A stretch of DNA of 64,000 nucleotides, from assembly GCA_002762785.1 (NCBI GenBank), contig PCXY01000005.1, positions 392,849 through 456,848 on the forward strand, in the 5' to 3' direction. Below are positions 1 through 10,155 of the stretch, piece by piece. The stretch's first letter is position 1; each line of letters starts with the position of its first letter. The notes under the pieces were generated by a model, which had not been told where the DNA came from, did not search any database, and worked only from the letters and a program-made list of their open reading frames with translations. Source of the DNA: Candidatus Woesearchaeota archaeon CG10_big_fil_rev_8_21_14_0_10_45_16 (GTDB lineage Archaea; Nanobdellota; Nanobdellia; Woesearchaeales; GW2011-AR9). A program made the position numbers and the translations under genes.

Positions 1-1
1 G

Positions 2-2431
2 TTCCACAACAAGCCTTTCAAGAAGTCGGCCCGTATCGTCGGAGAAGTTCTCGGCAAGTATCATCCTCATGGTGACACTGCAGTCTATGATTCTTTAGTT
101 AGGATGGCTCAGGATTTCAGCCTTCGCTATCCTCTTATCAAAGGGCAGGGAAACTTTGGTTCTATCGACGGTGATTCCGCGGCAGCTATGAGATACACGG
201 AAGCAAAATTCAGCAAGATCGCTGAAGAGATGCTCAAAGACATCGAAAAAGAGACGGTTGATTTTCAGGACAACTTCGACGGTTCGTTGAAAGAGCCGAA
301 GGTCCTTCCTTCCAAGATCCCTAATTTGCTGGTCAACGGTTCTTCTGGGATAGCTGTCGGCATGGCTACCAACATCCCGCCGCACAACCTAGTGGAGGTC
401 TGTGACGGGGCCATCTCTCTCATCGATAATCCAGATATAACTGTCCCTGAGCTGATGCAGATCATCCCTGCTCCTGATTTCCCGACGGCCGGTCAGGTGA
501 CCTCCGGCAACAGCCTTCTCCATGCTTATACCAAAGGCCGTGGCAAAGTCATCATCAAAGCCGTCACCAACATGGAAGGTGACAGCATCATCGTCACCGA
601 GATACCATACCAAGTCAATAAAGAAGATCTTATCAAACAGATCGCTGACCTGGTCAGGGACAAGACCATTCCGGGTATCCGTAACATCAATGATGAATCA
701 GACCGAGAAGGTATCCGTATCGTCATCGACCTCAAACGCGATACCGACTCTAACGTTGTCCTGAACCAACTGTTCAAGCACAGCCGTCTAAAGGTCACGT
801 TCGGTCTCAATCTTCTGGCGCTGGTAGATAACCAGCCGAAGCTTCTTGGCCTTAAAGAACTGCTTCAGTATCATATCGATCACCGCGGTGTTGTCATCAG
901 ACGCCGTACCCAGTATGAACTTGACCAGGCTCAGAAGAGAGTCCATGTTCTGGAAGGGTTATTGATCGCTATCGACAATATTGATGCCGTGATCGCCGGA
1001 ATCAAGCAAAGCCGCACCGTCGATGATGCCCGGCAGTTCCTGATGGGAACATATTCTCTTAGTGAGATCCAGGCTAAAGCGATCCTGGAATTGCGTCTTC
1101 AGAAGCTGGCGGCCCTGGAGCAGGACAAGACCAGGCAGGAACACCAAGAGCTGTTGGAAAAGATCAAGACTTACCAAGAGATCCTCGCTTCCGACCAAAA
1201 AGTCTTTGACCTTATCAAAGAAGAGCTGGAAGAGATGAAAGCCAATTATGGTGATAAGCGCCGTTCTCAGATCATCCAGGGAGAGGATGAAGACATCGAT
1301 CTGGAAGAGCTTATCGAGGAAGAGACAGTCATCGTCACCATCACCAATTCCGGCTATGTCAAGCGCATCCCGTTAGATACTTACAAGACCCAGAACAGGG
1401 GCGGCAAAGGCGTCCGCGCTGCCGGCATGAAAGATGAGGATTTCGTTGAGAAATTATATATCAGTTCCACTCACGATTATCTGCTGTTCTTCACGGATAA
1501 AGGCCAGGTCTACTGGCAGAAAGTGTACTATCTTCCAGAAGGCAGTCGTCAGGCAAAAGGCAAACATATAGCCAACTTGCTGGAGATGGCTGAAGGAGAA
1601 AAGATAACTGCCGTCATCCCGGTCCGTGACTTTAAAGAGGGGTATCTGTTCATGGCTACCCGCAATGGTACCGTGAAGAAGAGCGAACTGCAGGACTTTT
1701 CAAGGCCAAGAAAAGGCGGCATCAGGGCCATCACTCTTGATGATGATGATTCCCTGGTCGGCGTGAAATACACGACTGGCGACAAGGAGATCATCCTGGC
1801 AACTGAGAAAGGCCGTGCTAATCGCTTCAATGAGAAAGCGGTGCGTTCGATGGGCCGGACGGCTCGCGGGGTAAGGGGCATCCGTCTTGATTCCGCTGAT
1901 AAAGTTGTAGGTATGCTGGCCGTAGATGAAGGAACTGAAATATTAACTTTGACCGTGAAGGGGTATGGTAAAAGGACACCTATCGCCGATTATCGCCTTT
2001 GTAACCGTGGCGGCAAAGGTGTAACAAACATCAAGATCACTGAAAAAAATGGGCCGGTCAAGACGGTCATGGTAGTCGACGGTTCAGAAGAGCTGATGCT
2101 GGTATCTCAGCAGGGCATCGCTATCAGGATTAGATGCAGCGGCGTCTCCGTCATCGGCAGGGCTACTCAAGGTGTTCGGGTGATGCGCCTCAATGACGGC
2201 GATAAGCTGGCTGCGGCTGCCAAGATCTTTGTCGAAGAAGGCGATGAATCTCCAGCCGTGCCTTTGGAAGAAGTACCCTCGGCTGAAAGTGAGGATGAGG
2301 AGCTGGATGAGGAGCTGGAAGAAGAGCCTCTGGATGATGAGGAAGATGGTGATGCTGGAGAAGAAGATTCTAGCGTTGACGATGATCTGCCTGATGAAGA
2401 GGATGATGAAGAGCGGGAACCGTCCGAATAA
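2..2431 (+). CDS. gyrA: DNA gyrase subunit A, 5'-partial (enters window in frame at nt 2), with long acidic C-terminal tail
   Basis: In-frame upstream sequence GKYHPHGD...VYD..VRMAQDF and the [18 protein letters not shown] motif are seen; the body carries repeated beta-pinwheel blades. The C-terminus is an E/D-rich tail. Confidence 0.9.
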   Translation, partial: FHNKPFKKSARIVGEVLGKYHPHGDTAVYDSLVRMAQDFSLRYPLIKGQGNFGSIDGDSAAAMRYTEAKFSKIAEEMLKDIEKETVDFQDNFDGSLKEPKVLPSKIPNLLVNGSSGIAVGMATNIPPHNLVEVCDGAISLIDNPDITVPELMQIIPAPDFPTAGQVTSGNSLLHAYTKGRGKVIIKAVTNMEGDSIIVTEIPYQVNKEDLIKQIADLVRDKTIPGIRNINDESDREGIRIVIDLKRDTDSNVVLNQLFKHSRLKVTFGLNLLALVDNQPKLLGLKELLQYHIDHRGVVIRRRTQYELDQAQKRVHVLEGLLIAIDNIDAVIAGIKQSRTVDDARQFLMGTYSLSEIQAKAILELRLQKLAALEQDKTRQEHQELLEKIKTYQEILASDQKVFDLIKEELEEMKANYGDKRRSQIIQGEDEDIDLEELIEEETVIVTITNSGYVKRIPLDTYKTQNRGGKGVRAAGMKDEDFVEKLYISSTHDYLLFFTDKGQVYWQKVYYLPEGSRQAKGKHIANLLEMAEGEKITAVIPVRDFKEGYLFMATRNGTVKKSELQDFSRPRKGGIRAITLDDDDSLVGVKYTTGDKEIILATEKGRANRFNEKAVRSMGRTARGVRGIRLDSADKVVGMLAVDEGTEILTLTVKGYGKRTPIADYRLCNRGGKGVTNIKITEKNGPVKTVMVVDGSEELMLVSQQGIAIRIRCSGVSVIGRATQGVRVMRLNDGDKLAAAAKIFVEEGDESPAVPLEEVPSAESEDEELDEELEEEPLDDEEDGDAGEEDSSVDDDLPDEEDDEEREPSE

Positions 2432-2487
2432 AAATTATTAAGAATTATTAAGATTTTTTTAAGATATTTTTATAAAACCGCTTTCAA

Positions 2488-3567
2488 ATGGCTTCTGTTA
2501 TGGAACTGTATGGTATTGTCAATCCAGGGATAGAACAGTTGGCTTCTGCTGAAGTGGAGGAGTTATGCAAAGCTAAAGTGGATGTATCGCCGTCCGTCAT
2601 CTCATTTAAGATCAAAGACCAAGAGTTCTGCCATTACCTTTCTCACGCTCAGGCACCCCGCAGGATCCTGGCGGCTCTTGGCCGTGCTGAGAACATCGAA
2701 ACGTTCTCGTTTACTGATGTTGATTGGAAAAACTTATTTCCAGAGGGCCGATCGTTCAAGATTGAAGTAGAGAACGTCAAAGGCCAGGACAATCGCTTTC
2801 GGATCGCCAAACAGGTCGGCGGCAAGCTGTTCCCACTGCTCGAAAAGAATCATATAAACGGCAAATTGGAATTGAAGAGACCTGACTTTTTAGTGGTCGT
2901 CTTCTACAACGGCGAAGAATATTTCGTCGGCATCCAACATACAGTGGAAGAACATAACTCTCGTGGTTACCGTATCTTCCCGCATTCGGGATCGTTCAAA
3001 GGCGATTTTGCCTATTTCTTTGTCAGGAAAGCTGGTTTCAATAAAGATGGCAAACTACTAGTGGGTTTCCTTAAGGACGGGGTCATGGCTATTGAAGCTG
3101 CCCTTTTTGCATCAGGGAAACAAGTTACGGACGTGTCTTCATTGTCATACTTGCCGTTCTATCAGGGGCCGAAGGATGGGGCAAGAAAAGACGAGGTAAA
3201 GGAAAGTTTCGTCATCGCCGCTTTCGACCACTCCATCCAGAATGTTACTGCTTCCAGGAAAAACGCCAAGCTAGCCGCTGTGCATGAGGAGATAGATGTC
3301 CAGAAACTGTCGCTGGAAGATCTCGACGTACGCTTCGGCGAAGATTCATTTGATTCTGCTATCTTTCACGTCACCTCTAAAGATGAGGACAGTATCAACG
3401 AGATTTATTACCAAGCTTCTTATGTTCTTAAGTCGGGGGGCCGGCTGCTACTGATAGCTCGTGAACAGGCTGGCTTTTCTATCTCTGACAAGTTCGAGCT
3501 GAAAGAAGAAGGTCTTCTGCAGAAGGGGGACAGTATCCATAAGTACTGGCTGCTCGAAAAACGCTAG
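2488..3567 (+). CDS. THUMP-domain RNA methyltransferase-like protein (Trm14/TrmN-like); SAM-binding motif I appears degenerate
   Basis: N-terminal ferredoxin-like plus THUMP-like region. Central GVMAIEAALFA resembles the post-motif-I helix of Trm14, but the DPMCGSGT loop is replaced by LVGFLKDG. Confidence 0.4.
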   Translation: MASVMELYGIVNPGIEQLASAEVEELCKAKVDVSPSVISFKIKDQEFCHYLSHAQAPRRILAALGRAENIETFSFTDVDWKNLFPEGRSFKIEVENVKGQDNRFRIAKQVGGKLFPLLEKNHINGKLELKRPDFLVVVFYNGEEYFVGIQHTVEEHNSRGYRIFPHSGSFKGDFAYFFVRKAGFNKDGKLLVGFLKDGVMAIEAALFASGKQVTDVSSLSYLPFYQGPKDGARKDEVKESFVIAAFDHSIQNVTASRKNAKLAAVHEEIDVQKLSLEDLDVRFGEDSFDSAIFHVTSKDEDSINEIYYQASYVLKSGGRLLLIAREQAGFSISDKFELKEEGLLQKGDSIHKYWLLEKR

Positions 3568-3624
3568 AGGCCAGACCGCACGTACGCTAGACCGCACGTA
3601 CGCCAGACCAAATCTTTTATATAC

Positions 3625-4398
3625 TTGTTTTTTCTCTTTATAGATATGGTCTCGCCAGTAGAGTTTCGCGCCAGGATCGCTGACTTTTATCGTTTCTCTA
3701 AAGAGGAGCTTATCGGTCTGTTGGCGGCGGTCCTCTTTGCTGGTTTTATCTTCTCGTTCCGCGACTGGGGTGATCAGCAGTTTGATCTGGTCATCGGTCT
3801 GATCCATCTGTTTACGATGTTTTCCATCGCCTTCTTAAGTTTCTGGGTGCATCTTTCCTGTCAGAAACTATACGGGTTAAGCCAAGGTTATCTGGTGGAG
3901 TTCCGCTTATGGTGGACAGGCTTGTTCATCTCGCTGATCTTCGCTTTCTTTAGCTTTGGTTACATCCCTTTAGTGCTTATCGGCGGCGTCTTCGCTTCAT
4001 TCATGGTGCGTCAGCGCTTGGGGGAGTTCAGATATGGTTTCAGCTATCCTGAGAACGGCATCATCGCCATGTGGGGGCCTTTAGGCAACTTGATATTGGC
4101 TATCTTCTTCGCTATCGGTGCTTATGCCTTGCCGCAGAATTATTTTTTCCATAAAGGGTTGATCTTCAATTTGATCATGGCCGGCTGTAGTTTGATCCCG
4201 CTGCCGCAGCTTGACGGCCTATCAGTCTATTTTGGTTCTCGTTTTTGGTACCTGGTGATGATCATTGCCGTCGGATTGTCAGTTATATTGCTATGGCTCC
4301 TGCCTCAGGTTGGACTGGGAAAATTCGGGTTGATAACGGCTGTAGTCATCGCCGTCATCGTCAGTATCGTAACTTTACTGGTGAGTTCTGAAAAATGA
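3625..4398 (+). CDS. Polytopic membrane protein, site-2 protease (M50)-like but lacking HExxH
   Basis: Multiple TM helices and a C-terminal LIPLPQLDG motif like the S2P LDGG motif. The position expected for HExxH reads HLSCQ. Confidence 0.35.
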   Translation: MFFLFIDMVSPVEFRARIADFYRFSKEELIGLLAAVLFAGFIFSFRDWGDQQFDLVIGLIHLFTMFSIAFLSFWVHLSCQKLYGLSQGYLVEFRLWWTGLFISLIFAFFSFGYIPLVLIGGVFASFMVRQRLGEFRYGFSYPENGIIAMWGPLGNLILAIFFAIGAYALPQNYFFHKGLIFNLIMAGCSLIPLPQLDGLSVYFGSRFWYLVMIIAVGLSVILLWLLPQVGLGKFGLITAVVIAVIVSIVTLLVSSEK

Positions 4399-4742
4399 CA
4401 GCTATCAAATGGGAAGATCAATGGCCGGAAGTGTTTACGTTCTTCCTGTTAGTGCTCGGTTTCCTCATCTCGGTCTTCGTCAGGAGCGCTGCATTCAGTT
4501 ACATCACTATCTTTTTTGCCGGCGCCGTAGCGGCCAGGGGATTTTACATGCGGCGTTATAAAGAACCGATCCTGCCCTTCATCCTGTTGATCATCGGTTT
4601 CCTCATCGGCTACCTGGCTGGCTCTATCTGGGCCAATCGCTTCCTGGCTTTGCTGTTGTTCCTGATCGGTTTTGGACTGTCATATTATCTACATCTGAAA
4701 AAAATCATCACAATCTTTAAAAGTAAGTCTTTCATTAAGTAG
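4395..4742 (+). CDS. Small integral membrane protein
   Basis: Three or four hydrophobic helices. ATGA start/stop overlap with the upstream membrane protein suggests an operon. Confidence 0.4.
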   Translation: MTAIKWEDQWPEVFTFFLLVLGFLISVFVRSAAFSYITIFFAGAVAARGFYMRRYKEPILPFILLIIGFLIGYLAGSIWANRFLALLLFLIGFGLSYYLHLKKIITIFKSKSFIK

Positions 4743-4745
4743 GTA

Positions 4746-5048
4746 ATGGAAAAAACTTTCTCCGCCAAAAGCGTTGTGGTAAGCCGCAAGCCGGGCAAGG
4801 ACCGTGACGGCCCCTGGAGCGCATTCATCGGCTTATTTGATGAAAACAATCCCCATCTTAAAGGTAAGGCTCCTTTTGAAGTGTTGGACATCCCTGGCGT
4901 GGAGAAGGTGCGTATCCATGAGCTTCGTAATATCTCTTATTACCTTTTAGGGAACGATATTGTCATCAACAACCTTAAGAAGGTAACTATCGCCAAAGAG
5001 AAAGATATCGTGACCCTTACTGGAAAACAAGATCTGCCTAGCGACTGA
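4746..5048 (+). CDS. Hypothetical protein
   Basis: Clean ORF following the previous gene; no motif recognised. Confidence 0.35.
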   Translation: MEKTFSAKSVVVSRKPGKDRDGPWSAFIGLFDENNPHLKGKAPFEVLDIPGVEKVRIHELRNISYYLLGNDIVINNLKKVTIAKEKDIVTLTGKQDLPSD

Positions 5049-5751
5049 AACCGTTTCCGGTGATTACAGTCCCTAGCGAATCGCCGGCTCTGGTAATGCT
5101 CAATACTTTTATAAGAGAACCGCAATGGCTTCCTGGCGATTCTGTGTAGATCCCTCGAATCTTCATGAATGAGGGTCCCGGTTTTTCTCCTCGCTGTCTG
5201 CTTCGCGCTTTTTCGATCAATCTAATAATATTGGGATCCATCTCCTTATCTCTTAATTTATATGTCCACCAGAATTCGACATCCCTAGTATAAGATCCGA
5301 TAGTCCCTATCAGGTTCCTGTCGTCAGGATCTATCCTATCGGGATTGACCATTCCCTCAACTTCTATAGGTGTGTTGTAAAGAATAGTTTTCTTCCAAAG
5401 ATCTTGTAAAGTTACGTTTCTGACGATAATTGTATCTCCGATATTTCTAAATTGTTGAACTCTCAGAAAATATCTCTCTCCAATATCTGCATGAGGCCGC
5501 CAGAGCCCTTCTGCTTCTACGAGACGGTGGGGGTTTGGATTTTCTGCTGTGGATGTTGGAGAGCGAACATATTCAGTATCGATGAAAACGCCATTTTCTT
5601 CCAATCTCCCAAGAAACTTCAATCCCCTATTATGCCTACATTGAGAACGAGGCACATAGATACCAGAAACTCTAACATAAGGCCTTCCAGCTATCTCTCT
5701 ATTGACAAGCTGGCTTAATCCCACTTGCTGTGGTTCTGGTTTTCTATACAT
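5038..5751 (-). CDS. Conserved hypothetical protein (237 aa)
   Basis: Long ORF with non-repetitive composition, divergent from hef; no family recognised by eye. Confidence 0.45.
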   Translation of the reverse strand: MYRKPEPQQVGLSQLVNREIAGRPYVRVSGIYVPRSQCRHNRGLKFLGRLEENGVFIDTEYVRSPTSTAENPNPHRLVEAEGLWRPHADIGERYFLRVQQFRNIGDTIIVRNVTLQDLWKKTILYNTPIEVEGMVNPDRIDPDDRNLIGTIGSYTRDVEFWWTYKLRDKEMDPNIIRLIEKARSRQRGEKPGPSFMKIRGIYTESPGSHCGSLIKVLSITRAGDSLGTVITGNGFSR

Positions 5752-5861
5752 GATAACACCAAATGACTTTTTCTTTATAAATATTTTCTCAGTAATTACT
5801 CTAGAGTGGTGTTCTGTTCAGCAAGCTAAAATCTTTTAAATCCAGCGAATCTTGAAAGAAG

Positions 5862-8060
5862 ATGATCCGCGATTTCTCACCTCGCTTATATCAGCAGACT
5901 ATCTTAGGCACGGCCGCCAGCAAAAACACTATGGTGGTGCTGCCGACGGGGATGGGAAAGACCGCTTTAGCCTTTCTGATGGCAGCCCAAAGGCTTAGCC
6001 AGTATCCTGATTCTAAAATTTTGATGCTGGCCCCGACCAAACCGTTGTGTGAACAGCACGTGGTCACGTTGCAGAAACATCTTACTATCCCCGAAGAGAA
6101 GATCGTCTTGTTCACCGGCAGCGTCAAGCCGGAAAAGCGTGCAGAGTTATGGAAAGAAGCTGCTGTCATCGTCAGCACACCGCAAGGGCTGGAGAATGAT
6201 GCCATCAATAAAAGAGTAAAATTAGAAGAGGTCAGCTGCCTGATCTTTGATGAAGCGCATCATGCGACGGGAGAGTATGCCTACGTCTGGCTGGCGTCAT
6301 ATTATGAAAAGGTCTGCCGTTTTCCTCGCATCCTGGCTCTTACCGCGTCTCCCGGCAGCGACATGGAGAAGATAAAAGAAGTCTGCCAGAACCTGCACAT
6401 CGAACGGGTGGAAGTCCGCACCGACAAAGATCATGATGTGGCACCGTATGTTCAGAAACTGGATGTGCAATGGGAAGAAGTTGATTTTCCGGAAGAATTC
6501 AAAAAGGTGCAGAAGTCATTGCAGGAATGCCGCAAGAGCAAGCTGCTGGAAGCGCAGACTCTGGGTCACTGCCGCAGCGCTGACTGTACTAAAGGCGAGC
6601 TGCTGCAATTACAGGGAGCGTTGCAGAGAGAGATATCCCAGGGAGAAAGAGATTTTGCCGTTTTACGTTCTATCTCGTTGATTGCGGAAGCGTTGAAAGT
6701 GGAGCATGGTCTTGAGCTGCTGGAATCACAAGGTATCCAGCAGACTTTTGATTACCTTAAGAAGATCCAGGCGGAATCGCTGACGAGCAAGGTCAAGGCC
6801 GTCAAGAACCTGGTGATGGATCCAAAGTTTAAAGAGGCGCTTTTCTTGGCGGAAGAGATCGTCAATAAAGATATCCATCATCCGAAGCTGGCCAGGATGC
6901 AGGGGATACTCCTCGAAGTGCTGCGTGAAATGCCAGATGCTAAGATCATCATCTTCACCCAGTTCCGAGATTCTGCCCAGGCTATTGTCGGAAAGTTGGA
7001 CGAACTGCGCATCAGCAACCATGTATTTTTTGGCCAAGCTAAGAAGAACGGCGTCGGCTTCTCTCAGAAACAACAGAAAGAGATCTTGGAAAAGTTCAGC
7101 AACGGCGGATTTAGTGTATTGGTAGCTACCTCGGTCGCGGAAGAAGGTTTGGACATCCCTAAAGTTGACAAGGTCATGTTCTACGAGCCAGTGCCGTCTG
7201 CCATCCGGGCTATCCAGCGTCGAGGCAGGACTGGAAGGCTGGAGAAAGGTCAGGTGACAGTGCTATTGACAAAAGGTACCAGAGATGAAGCGTATCGATG
7301 GGCTTCTCACCACAAGGAAAAACGGATGTATCGCAACCTGGAAAAACTGAAGAAAGAATTTTCTTTCCTTCATGAAAAACCCAAGACGACCTTGCAGCAA
7401 TTTATCCCTCGGGATACAGTGGTGGCTGTTCTGGCGGATCATCGCGAGAAGAATAATCGTATCGTCAAAGAGCTGATCGACCTAGGGGTTTCTGTCAAGA
7501 CCGGACAGCTGGAAAGCGCCGATTACGTCCTTTCCGGAAAAGTCGGTGTGGAGTTGAAGAAAGTTCCTGATTTTGTAGCTTCGATAATAGACGGGAGGTT
7601 GTTAGAACAGGTACGTGTTCTAAAAAGAAGTTTTGAGAAAGCGGTCCTGGTCATCGAGGGAGAAGAAGATATCTATGCTCTGCGTAAGGTCCATGCTAAT
7701 GCCATCAGGGGGATGCTGGCCTCCATCGTGCTGGATTTCGGCGTTCCTATCCTTTATACCAAAAGCCCTCTTGATACTGCTTCGTTACTAGCCGTGATGG
7801 CCAAACGCGAACAGAATAAAGATTCCGATTTTACTTATCATCCAGCCAAACCACGGTCTGCCAGAGAACAGCAGGAATTTATCGTGTCGGCCTTTCCGAC
7901 GATCGGCCCGTTAACTTCTCGGAGGTTGCTGGAGCATTTCGGTTCTGTCAAGAATTTAGTGAACGCGTCTCAGGAAGATCTGGTCGCTCTAGAGGGCATT
8001 GGCGAGAAGACAGCTTCTTTACTGGTAGAGATGTTCGAGAAGAAATACGAAAAGAAGTGA
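5862..8060 (+). CDS. hef: Hef helicase-nuclease (SF2 helicase + ERCC4/XPF nuclease + HhH2)
   Basis: Helicase motifs are present: VLPTGMGKT (motif I), DEAH, and a C-terminal helicase domain. The ERCC4 region aligns to Pyrococcus Hef (ADYVL...VELKKVPDFVASIIDGRL...NAIRG) and a terminal HhH pair follows. Confidence 0.85.
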   Translation: MIRDFSPRLYQQTILGTAASKNTMVVLPTGMGKTALAFLMAAQRLSQYPDSKILMLAPTKPLCEQHVVTLQKHLTIPEEKIVLFTGSVKPEKRAELWKEAAVIVSTPQGLENDAINKRVKLEEVSCLIFDEAHHATGEYAYVWLASYYEKVCRFPRILALTASPGSDMEKIKEVCQNLHIERVEVRTDKDHDVAPYVQKLDVQWEEVDFPEEFKKVQKSLQECRKSKLLEAQTLGHCRSADCTKGELLQLQGALQREISQGERDFAVLRSISLIAEALKVEHGLELLESQGIQQTFDYLKKIQAESLTSKVKAVKNLVMDPKFKEALFLAEEIVNKDIHHPKLARMQGILLEVLREMPDAKIIIFTQFRDSAQAIVGKLDELRISNHVFFGQAKKNGVGFSQKQQKEILEKFSNGGFSVLVATSVAEEGLDIPKVDKVMFYEPVPSAIRAIQRRGRTGRLEKGQVTVLLTKGTRDEAYRWASHHKEKRMYRNLEKLKKEFSFLHEKPKTTLQQFIPRDTVVAVLADHREKNNRIVKELIDLGVSVKTGQLESADYVLSGKVGVELKKVPDFVASIIDGRLLEQVRVLKRSFEKAVLVIEGEEDIYALRKVHANAIRGMLASIVLDFGVPILYTKSPLDTASLLAVMAKREQNKDSDFTYHPAKPRSAREQQEFIVSAFPTIGPLTSRRLLEHFGSVKNLVNASQEDLVALEGIGEKTASLLVEMFEKKYEKK

Positions 8061-8071
8061 AAGAAGTAACT

Positions 8072-8842
8072 TCACTTCATCCTGCCGGTCTGCCAGTCTT
8101 TCAAGATAGACCTGCTGGCTGCTTCCAGATCAGGCTCGCCGCCTTTCTGCAGTCGTTTCAGCCTGAAAGCGACCGCTTCCAATATCTCTTCAGCATCTTC
8201 ACCTTCTACACCATAATATTTTTTAACTTTCTCCGGCATCTCCTCGATCAGGTTGAGAGCGACGCTTTCAGGATCTTTTACTTTACTATAGCCGATGGCG
8301 CCGATGCGTCCGTGCTTTATCTCATCTTTCTCCATATGAGGATAGACGCCGGGAGTATCCAAGACCATGATCTTATTGTCTACTTTGATCTTCTGCATCC
8401 CTTTGGTGAAACCGCTTTCAGAAGAAGTCCTTGCTGCTCCCCTTCCGGCTAAGGCATTTATCAGCGATGATTTTCCGACGTTGGGGTAGCCGACAACACC
8501 GACCACGACAGATTCTCCCTTCGATAGTTCAAGAATCTTCTTCTTAAGGATGGTCGTTCCCAACTTTTCCTTGCCGGAGATGAAGACAGCCGGCTTTAAG
8601 GACTGCAGCCTTTTCTTCAGCTTGCTGACATCGACCAGGTCGCATTTGGTGACACCGTAGAGTAAGATTTTGCCTTTCGCCCTGATTTTCTTCTCGATCT
8701 CTTCGTTCCTCGTCTCTTCGATCATCCGCGCATCGATCACTTCGATGATGATTTCGGCCATGTCCATGACCTTGTTGACGTGTCGCCAGAAAGAAGGCAT
8801 TATCGGCTGGTGTATACACAAATTTATAAACATTCCTTCCAA
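8072..8842 (-). CDS. Circularly permuted GTPase (YlqF/RbgA/Nog2-like ribosome-biogenesis GTPase)
   Basis: Motif order is G4 (TKCD) before G1 (GYPNVGKSS) and DTPG (G3), typical of the cpGTPase family. Confidence 0.7.
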   Translation of the reverse strand: MEGMFINLCIHQPIMPSFWRHVNKVMDMAEIIIEVIDARMIEETRNEEIEKKIRAKGKILLYGVTKCDLVDVSKLKKRLQSLKPAVFISGKEKLGTTILKKKILELSKGESVVVGVVGYPNVGKSSLINALAGRGAARTSSESGFTKGMQKIKVDNKIMVLDTPGVYPHMEKDEIKHGRIGAIGYSKVKDPESVALNLIEEMPEKVKKYYGVEGEDAEEILEAVAFRLKRLQKGGEPDLEAASRSILKDWQTGRMK

Positions 8843-8852
8843 AGATGAGGAT

Positions 8853-9149
8853 ATGGCTTTTTCGAAGACGTTTCCGCGGAAAGTGATGGAGAACGCGCCT
8901 CCGGTCTGGGAAGAGATACGTCTCTCCGATGAAGAGGAACAGCAGGTGGAAGAAGAGTGCCGGCGGGCTAACTTTCAGCTGTTGGATGAATGTCTGGAGG
9001 AAGCCAAGTCGCTGGGTATCAAGCACCGTATCAACACCGATGAGAATCAAGTCTCGCTGGCAATCGCTTTATTTGAGAAAAGAGCATCACACGTGGTCTT
9101 CTGGAAAGAGAGCAAGACTAAAGAGAAATTTGATAAACAGTATAAGTGA
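8853..9149 (+). CDS. Hypothetical small acidic protein (start moved to first Met outside the convergent GTPase gene)
   Basis: The track ORF 8670..9149 overlaps the GTPase 3' end. The internal Met at 8853 gives a non-overlapping 98-aa product. Confidence 0.25.
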   Translation: MAFSKTFPRKVMENAPPVWEEIRLSDEEEQQVEEECRRANFQLLDECLEEAKSLGIKHRINTDENQVSLAIALFEKRASHVVFWKESKTKEKFDKQYK

Positions 9150-9596
9150 TCATCGCTTCTTGCTCTTAGAATATTTCCTGAGGAATTTGTCGAAAGCTTC
9201 TACCTCTTTACGGGTGTTGAAGAACAATACATGTTTCTCACCATCTTTAGTGATGACATAACCGCCTAAGAAGAAATGATCCACTTTGTGCTGGATGATA
9301 CTCTTTAATGGGACTTTATGCTTTTTCCGCTTATTGCGGCTCTTCTTATGAATCTCTAAGTGTGAAGATGTGAGATGATACTTCTCTTCTGCCTGTCTGA
9401 TCATCATCACTAAGTATGATATCAAAGCATAGAGGCCGACGAAGAAAGCTGTAAAGATGATGGTCTGCAACACTTGTTCATTCAGCTCAAAATAAGAAAA
9501 GATGAAGACCAAAACTGCCGTGAGGGCCAGAAAAGTGATCTCGATACGCATCAGGAAATTACGCGGGAAAGTCCATTGCAATGTCGTCTTTGCCAT
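9150..9596 (-). CDS. Membrane protein with C-terminal PH-like (YdbT/bPH_2-like) region
   Basis: Two N-terminal TM helices followed by a soluble domain. Confidence 0.4.
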   Translation of the reverse strand: MAKTTLQWTFPRNFLMRIEITFLALTAVLVFIFSYFELNEQVLQTIIFTAFFVGLYALISYLVMMIRQAEEKYHLTSSHLEIHKKSRNKRKKHKVPLKSIIQHKVDHFFLGGYVITKDGEKHVLFFNTRKEVEAFDKFLRKYSKSKKR

Positions 9597-9597
9597 C

Positions 9598-9798
9598 TTA
9601 TTCTACCACCGGAGCCTTGCTCATGCTTATCAATGAAGCGATGAACATCAAAGCGAAGACCAGCATCAGAGCTATCCCGTAATTGATGTTTTCCGGATAG
9701 ACTAAGTATGCGCTGACAAAGAACCCTATCATAGCAAAAACCATGAAACTGCCTTTCAATGGAGCAGGTTTAGCCCAAAATCGTCTCTTTGTTGCCAT
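9598..9798 (-). CDS. Small two-TM membrane protein
   Basis: 66 aa, two hydrophobic helices, tightly packed with the downstream gene. Confidence 0.35.
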   Translation of the reverse strand: MATKRRFWAKPAPLKGSFMVFAMIGFFVSAYLVYPENINYGIALMLVFALMFIASLISMSKAPVVE

Positions 9799-10155
9799 GA
9801 CTATCTATCGCCTCTTTTGTCTTGGAGAAAGTGGTTGACGTTTTTAAAGGTTTTCCTAGCCTTAGTAACCAAGATGTGGTGGGTAGAGCTCGGCTTGCAC
9901 TTCTTGAGGAGGGATGCTGCTGTCTTTTCTTCGTATATTTCCTGCTAATCTTTCCATATATCCTAATAACTGTAATAAAGGATGTTCATAAGAAGGAGCA
10001 CTCACTATTGCTTTTTCATCATTATTTCTTATCAACCGTTTAGGGATCGGTAGTGGCTGAATCCTTTCTACTCCTTTCAACGGCTTGCCGCCCTGGACTA
10101 TATGATCGATACTCATCTTGACCAGAATTCCGATCTCCATATTATAAAACTATCT

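Noticed and set aside
95-810. Several 60-96-aa ORFs on both strands inside gyrA (95..385-, 265..465-, 389..613-, 522..764+, 526..810-)
   Set aside because: They are wholly embedded in the strongly supported GyrA reading frame with no motifs; these are shadow ORFs.
8670-8852. 5' part of ORF 8670..9149 overlapping the convergent GTPase gene
   Set aside because: The overlap with a confident gene is improbable and the hydrophobic nonsense translation mirrors the GTPase frame; the start was moved to 8853, though even that is low confidence.
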